From Parasitella parasitica NRRL 2501 (taxonomy: Eukaryota; Fungi; Mucoromycota), in NCBI GenBank assembly GCA_025201805.1, contig MU619330.1:93641-127774 (forward strand): DNA of 34,134 bases, in the 5' to 3' direction. Both the position numbers and the translations under genes were made by a program. The notes under the pieces are model-generated. The model was not told the DNA's origin and did no database searches. It saw nothing but the letters and a program-made list of their open reading frames with translations. Positions 1 through 10,064 of the stretch are shown one piece after another. Every line of letters starts with the position of its first letter. Positions within the stretch are counted from its first letter, which is position 1.

Positions 1-1184
1 GAAACTTTGTTTTTTAGGCCAGAATGTCCGATTTCTCATACTTTATTTATTGTAGGAACAAAAATTGTGGATGACATACTTCTAAATCTAATAATGTAGG
101 TAATGTGCAGTATGCTCTAGGTTTTTTTTACTAGTGTCTTTTTACACACTTTATTAACCGAAGATTTGTTCGGTTCATTAATAAATCGAGTGGAGCAAAA
201 ACAACAAAATATGTCTCTAATCATCACAAAAAGATTTTTTTTGTTTTTTTTTTACTACATACCAAACGCTTTCTTCTCCTATTGATAGATCGAGTTGTTC
301 GTGATCCTGAGTTTGACAAAGCTAGCGTTGCGATTATATATATAATCTTTTTTAAGAGAACATCTTTTCCCGTATAATTTGGATTGTGTTCTCTTTAAAT
401 ATGGAAAATCATCTTCGTTTTCCCCAAAACCGTAAAGCGCAGAGCAAAATGTTGTGTAAATGTGTTATTTTAACGTGATAAAAAATTTCCAAATAATATC
501 TCTATTTACTGTATACCAAAGCCAAATCTTGCTTAATCACTATCCGTATAGCTTGCTATAAAATATATCTGCAAAATCTTGTTTTGGCAGTATCTCGACA
601 ACTAAGAAGATAGATATTGGCATTCAGAGAGCGTGGTGACGTACAGTTATTGTACTAGTAGTAGGTTGTATACTTGCCTTGGACCCCAAAATCGTACCTA
701 AAAACGACCCTAAAGATTGACCCAAAGTTGAAAATTGAAAATCGAATATGAGGTTTGGGGTCCAAACATAGCAAAATCTGAAAAATGGCCATACGTACAT
801 AAAACTCGGACATGTTGTAGAATGGTGCAAAAAAAGAAGATTTTGGCTGAAGGTTGTGTTTCTATCACTTAATAGTTTGCAAAGATATCAGAAATTGCAT
901 TATAGGTGTTAAAGTGGGAAAAGAGGTAATATTTCAGATATGGTGGTAATTTCTTCATCAAAAAATGAAGGTATACAGAGATGGTTTTTGAGCTCGTATT
1001 ATATACTATCTCAGCTATCGATTCATACTAAGACATAACCAAGCTACCTAATAGAATTATACTTTGCTCTTAAAATGAAAATAGTTGGTGCCCTCATTTT
1101 ACAGCAAAAAAATAGGCAGTAGATTGAATCTCAGCACTGTGTTTCCATTTGAGCCAAAGCAGTTTCGAGCTTTTTTTTGCGTAG

Positions 1185-1549
1185 TTCCTTGCTGGATATC
1201 TCAAGAACGTAATAGGTATATTCGATATGCATACTAAGTGGTTTATTACAAAGAGTAAATTCCGCATCGAGCCATATAAATTACAACATTACAGAAACAC
1301 CTTTTCTTATTACCAATTTTCAAATATTCAAAAAACGCCTTTTTTGATAGTTTTTGAGTAAAATCAAGCATATTTTAAGCATATTCAGCTCTATAAAGTT
1401 AACAAAACAATCCTCCATGTCAATACCTACGCATTAATATTTTGTTTACAACTGTGGCTTTATTTTTTCTCCCAAAAATCAAAATCTTGTCTCGAACAAA
1501 ATGAATTTACGATTTTCCGGTCCTATGTTTAGAGGGCCAAAATGAAGCC
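1185..1549 (+). repeat. Dispersed AT-rich repeat, copy A (inverted partner of 4353-4700)
   Basis: 1291-1400 'acagaaacaccttttcttattaccaattttcaaatattcaaaaaacgccttttttga...ttcagctctata' matches the reverse complement of ~4505-4610 ('acacaaacactttttcttataacaaattttcagatattcaaaaaaacgccttttttga...ttcagctctata'). Colinear similarity continues to 'gggccaaaatgaagcc' (1549) vs 'gggccgaaatggagcc' (4353). Outer boundaries are approximate. Confidence 0.85.
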
Positions 1550-1851
1550 ATTCAAAAGCGTAAAAATCAATTCCGTTTTTCGAGATTTTCTCGCCCAAAA
1601 ATTTGTATTTTTTGGCCAAACAAAAACCATTACGTAGCTATGTTGTAGCTTTATTTTTGTATTACTATATCATATATCTTTAAATACCATTTATTGCTCT
1701 GAAAGTTATGAAAATAAATTAAGCGTCTGCTAAAAACATAAGAGAAAAAAATTTTTTTTTACCCATTCATTTAAAAACTAATACATCTACTAGAGAATCA
1801 AGTTTTAAAAAGATTTTAATAATACCTCAAGCCAAAGTGTCTTAGTGGTTT

Positions 1852-2346
1852 NNNNNNNNNNNNNNNNNNNNNNNNNNNNNNNNNNNNNNNNNNNNNNNNN
1901 NNNNNNNNNNNNNNNNNNNNNNNNNNNNNNNNNNNNNNNNNNNNNNNNNNNNNNNNNNNNNNNNNNNNNNNNNNNNNNNNNNNNNNNNNNNNNNNNNNNN
2001 NNNNNNNNNNNNNNNNNNNNNNNNNNNNNNNNNNNNNNNNNNNNNNNNNNNNNNNNNNNNNNNNNNNNNNNNNNNNNNNNNNNNNNNNNNNNNNNNNNNN
2101 NNNNNNNNNNNNNNNNNNNNNNNNNNNNNNNNNNNNNNNNNNNNNNNNNNNNNNNNNNNNNNNNNNNNNNNNNNNNNNNNNNNNNNNNNNNNNNNNNNNN
2201 NNNNNNNNNNNNNNNNNNNNNNNNNNNNNNNNNNNNNNNNNNNNNNNNNNNNNNNNNNNNNNNNNNNNNNNNNNNNNNNNNNNNNNNNNNNNNNNNNNNN
2301 NNNNNNNNNNNNNNNNNNNNNNNNNNNNNNNNNNNNNNNNNNNNNN
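1852..2346. other. Assembly gap (495 N)
   Basis: Run of N. Smaller gaps lie at 20796-20805 and 27761-27790, each next to a poly-T tract. Confidence 1.
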
Positions 2347-2509
2347 GTGGTATTTATGATTAAGAGGCATTTATTTAACCAAGTCATGAAGCTACATAAA
2401 AATAGCTTCTGAAGTTATATTTTACAGCATCTTGGCTATTGATTTATGTTAAGACATTACCACATTTCTTAAGGAGTTCATGTTTTGCTCCTCAATTGAA
2501 ATAGGTGTT

Positions 2510-2900
2510 TCACTGCTAAAGGCTAGTATTTGCAGTGGTGAATTCAAGCTCAGAAATATGTTTCCATTGCAACTTGCGCACATCCCAGAAATAAGAAGTA
2601 TAATATTGCACATGTTTCCTTAATTATTTTTTTGAGTGTTTAAATTTTGCATCAAACAATAATATACAGTGTATTAGGCTTTAAAAACACCTTTTCATAT
2701 TCCAAATAGCCGTCTTTTTGCATTTTTGGACCTTTTTGTTTCGCATTAAATACTAACGCATTGAGTTGACCAAACAATCCATCACATCAAAATTTTGATT
2801 ATATCCATAGTTTTACTATTTTCAAAAATAATAACTGAAATCTCGTGCTGACTGAAATGAAAATCCCGTCTGTTTTTTTTCTTATGATTGTAGTGGTGGA
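2510..2900 (+). repeat. More diverged third copy (direct orientation) of the same repeat
   Basis: Shares colinear anchors with copy A: 'gtttccatt', 'aaacaccttttc(a/t)tat', 'tt(g/a)ac(c/a)aaacaatcc', 'aaatgaa'. Confidence 0.5.
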
Positions 2901-3149
2901 ATAGGTCATAAACTTAATTCTGGAACGTTTTAATGGAATAAAAGTTGAAATATACGTTTATTAACACAAAAATTGATTGGATATGCTGGATCAAAAAAAA
3001 GATAATAAAACCAAAGGTTAACGAGATACGACAACTTGAAGATACTTTATTTAAGATCTGCTGTTTATACTTTTTACAGCTACATAAATTTATGGTGACT
3101 TATTTGGATTACTAATTGACAAGACTAATTCACAGTGGCAATCTACTTG

Positions 3150-4170
3150 ACAGGGTACGATATGAGGTTATACAACAAGGGCTACACGTCTTTGATCTGA
3201 CAGTGTCTTAACCTCTATCCTGGTGCTCAGATCTGTGTTACTTACAGGAATAACCTTCTTGATTTGAAACAGAGACTTTATTCTCCAATTTACACAAGCG
3301 TATCACATCACATCATTGGACAATCTTCAATCTTCAATTGAAGTACATTGCCATGATCTCCTGTCTATAATTATGGCAGATCACATTGGCTTTTAGCCCC
3401 TTGATCTTGCTACAAGGTCTCTGGCATGTTATTGATATAACACATTATTTATGTAATAATACTTTCGTTTATCTCATCATCGTCCACTCTTACCATTCGT
3501 TAAATCAGCATTGACCTATCAATTCTTCCGGATAACAATATAATAGGGGTATTCAAATAGCAAAATAAGACCGTTTTGCTTCTTCTTAAATTCTTCAATT
3601 AAATTAAAATAAAAACAAAATGTATGATTGGCCAGAACATCCGTATACATCTAATCACGAAAAGGTTGTTGTCAAAACTAGGGTCCTCGTCTAACCTGCC
3701 CTCTCCACTCTGCTTCCACAAAGCGTGGGCAGTAGGGTGTTGCTCACTCAGCAACTTGAGAATCCTTGCTGACATGACCGGCACTGCCCTGTGCGTGGCA
3801 TTGACAGAACCAAATTAGGCTACCACCATGCTAGCAATGATGCTGCCAGTGAGTTGAAACGCCTTGCCGTCAGCATATCTCCCGGATCTCTGTTGTATCC
3901 CTATAAAGGCTACATATGTCATATCTAACTTAGTCATAATGCGCGGATCATGATATTAATTGTTGGTAATTTTTTTACACAAATAAGGAATAACCAATAG
4001 TTGTAATTGGACCTCTTACAAGATTCAAGGCTTATTCAAAGAATACATCAAGATCAGATCGCGGGATGTCGGGAAGACATCCTACAATCTTCTCCTTAAT
4101 GTAAAATAAAAAGATAGGTCTGTCCTGGAAATCCTGTGATTTAATAAGGTTTGGCACTTCTTGTCAAACA
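3150..4170 (-). pseudogene. Decayed multi-exon protein-coding remnant of unknown family (possibly transposon-borne)
   Basis: Minus-strand frames read through single stops: QEVPNLIKSQDFQDRPIFLFYIKEKIVGCLPDIPRSDLDVFFE*ALNLVRGPITTI, then after a TTTATAG acceptor (~3901) GIQQRSGRYADGKAFQLTGSIIASMVVA*FGSVNATHRAVPVMSARILKLLSEQHPTAHALWKQSGEGRLDEDPSFDNNLFVIR, then IEEFKKKQNGLILLFEYPYYIVIRKN**. Exon-like blocks are GC-richer and separated by AT-rich intron-like spacers. Confidence 0.5.
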
Positions 4171-4352
4171 TCAGATGTTATGTAAATAAACATTGATTGG
4201 GATATATTTTAGTATAAATACAGTAGAGATCATATCTTATGTCAATAAAAGTCTTCAGTTTTTTATCTAATTTTATTCAGAAAGGTCTTTATTACTTTAT
4301 ACAAACAACATTTACACAACATCATGCTGCGCCCTTTGACACTGGCACAACA

Positions 4353-4700
4353 GGCTCCATTTCGGCCCTATAAGTCTAGGGACGAAAATCCGTAGTTTCA
4401 TTTTAGTCGAGACAATGTTTCGATTTTTGGCAGAAATAATAAAGCTACAGTTGTGAATAAGATATCGATGTGTGGGTATCGACACGGTAATTTTTTTGGT
4501 CAAGTCTATAGAGCTGAAAGTGTTCAAAATATGTTTGCTTTTACTCAAAATCTCAAAAAAGGCGTTTTTTTGAATATCTGAAAATTTGTTATAAGAAAAA
4601 GTGTTTGTGTAGCAGAATTTTGCAGCCGCCAAAACACGCTTACTCCACGTATCAATATAATTATTTCTCATTAAAGATATTAAGCAGCGAAACTGTTGGG
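4353..4700 (-). repeat. Dispersed AT-rich repeat, copy B (inverted relative to 1185-1549)
   Basis: Reverse-complement similarity to copy A as described there. Confidence 0.85.
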
Positions 4701-5187
4701 ATGTAAACAAGTTCAAATAGCAACATACGGTGGAGGCTTAAGGTACTCCCACAGATAATTGTGAAAGACTGCAATGTACCCACCATACACACTTTTGATT
4801 CAACAAGGCCAGAACTATTTTGCAGCAATTACTTTATACCTATTTGCTAACACTTTGTTTCTGGGAAAACTATATAATTTTTTCTCTATTTGTTTTTCGT
4901 TTGTTGTTTTGGAACTGTTATCTTAAACAGACAGATAGGTTGTTTTTAATATTTAATATCCTGAAGTAGGTGATTATGCAATTCTGTTTTCTGTGCAACG
5001 TCATAAAACGACTGGTGTAGTTTTCAAGGCATATAATATTATGCTTTCAGTGCTTTTCTCAGTTATGTAAATAGATTTTAACAAATGGAAAAAGTATAAT
5101 GTGGCAATTTCACTCAATTACGTTTAATGTATAAACGGCAAACCACTACTGACTAATGGAGGTATGGTAAAATTTATTCTAATATAT

Positions 5188-7169
5188 TTAATTATTTGCA
5201 CCCAGCTCTTCCATATCTTGTTCAGAGTAGCCAAGTAATGTCAAGACATATTTCAGACTCTTTTGATTAATTCTAGCCCTTGCTTGCTCTTGTACACGAG
5301 GTTTGGCATTGAAAGCAATACCGAGACTAGCCTTATTCAACATCCACAAATCATTGGCACCATCACCAACAGCAATAACTTGTTTCAAAGACAATCCTTC
5401 GGCTTGTGCAATGACATCCAATAACTCTGCTTTGCGGACTCCGTCCACAATGGGGCCAATTGTCTTACCAGTAAGCGTAAGCCCATCTGATGAAACCTCC
5501 AACTGATTAGCGAACGCATAATCCAAGCCCAATTCAGCTTTTACATAATGCGCTAGCGGCATAAAACCACCACTGATCACTGCTAATTTGAATCCAAGTT
5601 TCTTCAAAGCACGGCAAAGGAAACGTGCCCCCTCGGTAAATGTAAGTATTTGCTTGACGTTCTCCAGCACGCCTACACTTGTACCATTTAGAAGAGCAAC
5701 ACGACGACGCAAAGATTCTTTGAAATCAATTTCACCATTCATGGCAGCTTCAGTGATAGCCTGTATTTCACGTAAAAATGAACCTCGTTTCCCCAAACTC
5801 TTTAAAAATAATTACTTACAGAGACCTGATCGACTACACCAGCATATCTTGCAATCTCATCAATAACTTCTTGATAAATCAGCGTAGAATCCATATCAAA
5901 CACCACCAGTCTCTTGTTTTTTCTGTACACATCATCCCGTTGGAAAGCAATGTCAGTGCCATAACTTGTAGATAGGCCAATTAATTCTGTACGCAGTGCA
6001 CTCATATCCATCCCACGAGGCACACTTAAGCGAAGATCAGCACAGGAAAGCTTGTCGTTGTCTCTATTTAAACGAATCATCTTTTCCACGGAGATACGGT
6101 GCTTCAGCAAGAGATGCGTCCATTCGCTCAAAAAGGTGGAATTGAGGCCATTCTGATTCAAGATAGTTGCAGCATACTTGATGCGTTCAGAGTAGGGAGC
6201 CTCTTCCAAGGAAGAGGGGATATAAACAGGTGTGTTTGTGGTAGACGAAGCGGGTGTATGTTTCTCTTTCTTGATCTTTTCCTTTTGCTCACGGATCAAT
6301 GGCTCTGTTGCTTGTGAATCGGGGATATCGTATGTTAAGGTAGCATCCCACTTTTGAGCAGCCTCAGCCAAATCACGGAATACAGCCACATTATCAGATT
6401 GCAGTGTAATCAGCACACCAAATGTAACATTGTGATAAAGACGAGAGAGCATGAAATCATCAATGCCACAAGGATGGCGGGCAAGGCAATCAAGCACAGC
6501 TCCTACAATATCTGTACCATGAGGGCCAGATAAAGATACCAATACTTTTTGATTTGGGCCAAGAAATGTGGGGGGTAAAGCAGAAGAAGGATTGACTTGA
6601 GATGAACGACTTCTGACCATAATGGGAGATGGTTTACTGACAGGAGGTTGGTTGTTCAACTTGTTCATGACACTGCGTTTCAATAGAGTCAATGCTTCGG
6701 CTTTCACCAAGGGTGACGCAGCTACTCGTTGAAGGTAAGGTTCGGATAATGCCAAGCCTGAATGGCGGTCGTTTTTCTTGAGAATTTTAGCGATGCCAGT
6801 GTAATTTAAAAAGACAAATCTCTCCAATGTGATGATTTTTTTGAGCAAATCCATTGCTGCTTCATTTGTTGAGTCATTGGTTGCTGACGATGTGAGGGAT
6901 TGAGTCTCTTTTTCAAAAAATTTAGTGGCTCTCTCTACCTGAGCATCTAGCTTTTCGATAAATACAACCTCGCACTTCTGCAGTTGGCCAAGTCTCTCGG
7001 AAACTAGCTGTGCAAATGGCTGTTGTTTTTGTGAATTTTCTAGTTTAATCGAATGCGAATACACTTCTGATTTCAAAAAGGATTTCAGGCTGTTGTAGTC
7101 GATGCAGTTCTCCGAATACTCTGCTGGCAATTGAGATTTCCTCTCTTCAAGATAGTTGCCAAATTTCAT
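5188..7169 (-). CDS. serB: SPX-domain / tandem-ACT / HAD phosphoserine phosphatase (SerB-type) fusion, 640 aa; exons 7169-5820 and 5760-5188
   Basis: ATG at 7169 gives the SPX-typical start MKFG, then CIDYNSLK and LNYTGIAKILKKNDR (SPX ligand-binding clusters). ACT-like segments KVLVSLSGPHG...VTFGVLITL and KYAATIL...DIAFQ follow. HAD motif I FDMDSTL (5883-5897), motif II ISGGF, motif III K (RKAELL) and motif IV GDGANDL are present. A 59-nt GTAAGT...CAG intron (5819-5761) joins VDQVS|AITEAAMNGEIDF in frame. Confidence 0.93.
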
Positions 7170-7254
7170 GCTGTTATAACGAGCAAAGGGGAAAGATGAG
7201 TTTGCTCCCAATTTCTTTTTATGGCGATGGAGATAAGATATGGGCAGTCCCCAA

Positions 7255-7261
7255 TGAGTCA
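7255..7261. promoter_or_regulatory. Candidate Gcn4/CpcA (AP-1-type) element TGAGTCA upstream of the SPX-SerB gene
   Basis: Perfect TGA(C/G)TCA core (ATGAGTCAA) ~90 bp upstream of the ATG at 7169. It is appropriate for an amino-acid biosynthesis gene, but function is not demonstrated. Confidence 0.45.
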
Positions 7262-7545
7262 ACAGAGATGCGGATCTCTGTGTGCTCGACCTGTCCTTAA
7301 TTGGGTGAGCCTAGAGTATCTCATCGCATAATGAATAAACATTTGTGCATCTTTGGAGATGAGCCTTCTTTTTTTTTCAATACAGATAGTTGAAAATGAC
7401 GATTTTTTATGAAACGCAGCCGAGTACAAAATCATACTTTTAATGCATACAAACAACAATGCAAGAAATCACCAATGATATCCGTCACGGATATAGCAAA
7501 TATGTCAGAAAATTGATCATTATCATCTGATTAGACCCGAGCACT

Positions 7546-8171
7546 TTATTCTTTGAATTTAAGACTAATGCTGTTGACGCAATGTCTTTCATCAGTAGGG
7601 GTAGGGAAGCGCTCTCCTTTGAAAACATGACCAAGATGACCCCCACATTTGGCACAGCATATCTCGATCCGTTGCATACCAGCCGAATTGTCTTCATGTC
7701 GGACTAGTGCTCCAGGGATACTATCAAAAACTGCACAGTATTAATAAACATGATAAGAATGCTTGAACTATGAAATCACTCACACGCTGGCCATCCACAC
7801 CCGCTGTCAAACTTGGTATCCGAAACATAAAGTGGTGCATCACACCCAGCACAATGATAAACGCCTAAAAGATAAGGTCAGCAGAAACGCAAAACTCATC
7901 AGTATAGTATTACCCTTCTTGTTGAATTTGTTATATTCACCTGTTCCGGGGGGTTCCGTTCCTATGAGACATACAATGAGTAATCTATTGTCATTTCGAC
8001 AACAAATAATTTACCTTTTTGACGAAGCACGCGGAACTGCTCTGGAGTTAAAACGACTTTCCATTCCGTGTCAGTTTTAGTAGACATAAGTTTTGTTGTA
8101 ATCAAAGGCTTAATAATAGGTTGTAGAGCAAGTACGTGTAATGGTAATCTTTTTGCAAACCGCAATAACAT
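7546..8171 (-). CDS. msrB: Peptide methionine-R-sulfoxide reductase MsrB (SelR family), 156 aa; exons 8171-8015, 7961-7914, 7864-7784, 7730-7546
   Basis: Spliced translation: ...[121 protein letters not shown]. It has two CxxC zinc ligands, GCGWP, HLGHVF and the catalytic RHCVNS. All three introns are GT-AG and the exon total (471 nt) is a multiple of 3. Confidence 0.96.
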
Positions 8172-8335
8172 GAGAAAGAAAGGAAAAATGAACCCCACCC
8201 CCAACGAATTGTTTGTTATTTCTAGTGCAACATAACTAGTAAGATTTATTCAGCCAACAGCGCTACATAGGTCACAATATTTGAATGGCGAGAAATACGT
8301 ATCTATAATACAAGAAATGAAACATTTTATTTATT

Positions 8336-8878
8336 TTATAGCGATGTGCTGTTGATGCGTAAAGAGCTAGTACGACCCCAGACAAAGTCATCTTGCCTTT
8401 TGGATAAACAAGAGCGTCTTGGTCTAAGTGATCTTGTGATTTTAGAAGCACGGATCATGTTCAGTTCCGTTGATAGAATTCGCAAAGTGCTTCCATTGGT
8501 TCGTGAGCCTCTCAGGTATGCATGCGACTCTGTCCATGCTGGTCTTTTGGGCTGTTGTGCAGCTGGTGGATCCTTTATTTCAATTGCATTTGGGATGCTT
8601 GGTTGGAGGGGTCCGATCATGCAACAGTTATTTTGGAGTAGTAGTGACAAATCGATAGGTGGTTTTTGTCGCAGTGGTAATATACATGGTTGGGTGTTAG
8701 ATAAAAGTAGCTGTGTTGTAGTTTGTGCGGGTGTGATAGTTGCCATGGTGATGCTTGACGATTTGATTGGATTTAAGTTGGTTATCGACGCCACGGAAGA
8801 TGATTTTTTGAAGATAAATGAAGAGAGCAACTGCAAAGTGTTTGTATGTACATTGATGTAAGAAAATAAAGGGTCCAT
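8336..8878 (-). CDS. Hypothetical small basic protein (true start may be the ATG at 8746, 136 aa)
   Basis: Open 180-codon ORF with TATA-like ATATAAATA at ~8951-8959 on the minus strand. Low-complexity N-terminus and an Arg-rich C-terminal block (YLRGSRTNGSTLRILSTELNMIRASKITRSLRPRR...RQDDFVWGRTSSLR) that resembles, from memory and unverified, small Mucorales hypothetical proteins. Confidence 0.65.
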   Translation of the reverse strand: MDPLFSYINVHTNTLQLLSSFIFKKSSSVASITNLNPIKSSSITMATITPAQTTTQLLLSNTQPCILPLRQKPPIDLSLLLQNNCCMIGPLQPSIPNAIEIKDPPAAQQPKRPAWTESHAYLRGSRTNGSTLRILSTELNMIRASKITRSLRPRRSCLSKRQDDFVWGRTSSLRINSTSL

Positions 8879-10064
8879 GATAATTTCTTTTAATTATTAT
8901 TGTGTAGAGAGGAGTGAAAAGGGCAAAATTTTCCTTCTAAACTCATGGCGTATTTATATGATTCGGACTAACATATTCGCAATGTCAAATATCATCAGAT
9001 ACAACAGTGAATTCAGGATTTTTAAAAATAGAAATCAAGCTTTATTTTGACCAATCAAAACATTTTTCACTCACTCAAATTGTTCTGTATTAATTTACCA
9101 AGACAGGACATTGCGAGGTACATCTTTGCTTGCTGCGAACGTGCTTGTATTGCTTGCCCTTCTTCCTGAGGAGGCGGCCGATTCCTTTTGCAAGATTGGT
9201 GGCGTATTCTCTCTATATGCCTTTTGCTTGTGTTAGGTAGCAATTACAGCATGGCACTATCCCTCATCAAGAACTTAAGTGAAGTATCTTACAAATTGAT
9301 TGATTGATAACACTCTTACTTCTGCTAATTGATGATAATTTTGTAGGCTATAAAATATATGTTACAATCCTTGTTGAATTACTCTCCAATGCAGCTCCTA
9401 TATAGGACTGAGATCGTCTTTATGCTATACGAAAAGGCATTGCATATAACAAATCACGTTTACTCTGTTCTTCCTAGTATTTGTAAGAAGCATTAAACAA
9501 AAGGTAAAAGGGATTACAGCAAAGATTATATTGTCTTTTAATGCTTATTCCGTTATTTACGGTTTTTAGCTATACATCAAGGTCAAGAAATGTAAGCTCA
9601 AGAGTAATATTAAGGAAAATAGAAGGGTTACGATAAGAAATAATTTGAATGTCTTGCTATGACACACGCTAAAATGCAGCATAGTCAAATCCTGAATAAA
9701 GAAGGCTATCATAGTACTCTCTCTGCTCTTTGTTTTACATCCAACCTATAAAGCTTAAAGTCTCCGAGTGTTCACATGCTGCTAATTCTTTCTTCTAATA
9801 GTGGGAGAATTGCCTGCGCTATGTCAACAGGAAAGAAATCCTGTTAATGCGATCCTATTGCTCTTTCAAACGCGATGTATTATATTTTCGTTATGTCTGT
9901 CGATAATGGGTTGCTTTTCCTTTGGTTATCTTTTTTATTGCATTGCAACGGAAAAGCATGACATTTATTCCTTAATAGCCCCCCATCAGCCTCAAAAGGT
10001 AGATATGATTTCCAAAAAAATTGGTTGAGGTTTTATTAGACATCAGTAAGTCATATAATTAGGG

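Noticed and set aside
1816-2387. Three 170-185 aa ORFs
   Set aside because: Artefacts of translating through the N-gap.
4312-4716. 134-aa ORF on the minus strand
   Set aside because: Coincides with repeat copy B; the homologous copy A differs by indels and substitutions, and no protein motif is recognisable.
7170-7262. 31-aa N-terminal extension of the 486-aa ORF (non-ATG start at 7262)
   Set aside because: Eukaryotic gene; SPX domains characteristically start at MKFG (ATG 7169), and the upstream segment looks like promoter/UTR.
5188-7262. Two separate genes (202 aa and 486 aa ORFs) or a frameshift
   Set aside because: A canonical 59-nt intron joins them in frame within the HAD domain.
7170-7545. 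Pho4-type CACGTG/CACGTT box upstream of the SPX gene
   Set aside because: Searched by eye; none present in this intergenic region.
8346-8861. 171-aa plus-strand ORF
   Set aside because: Antisense shadow of the minus-strand ORF; non-ATG start and no motif.
9100-9260. Short GC-richer block that might be an exon or ncRNA
   Set aside because: No convincing frame, splice context or RNA family motif.
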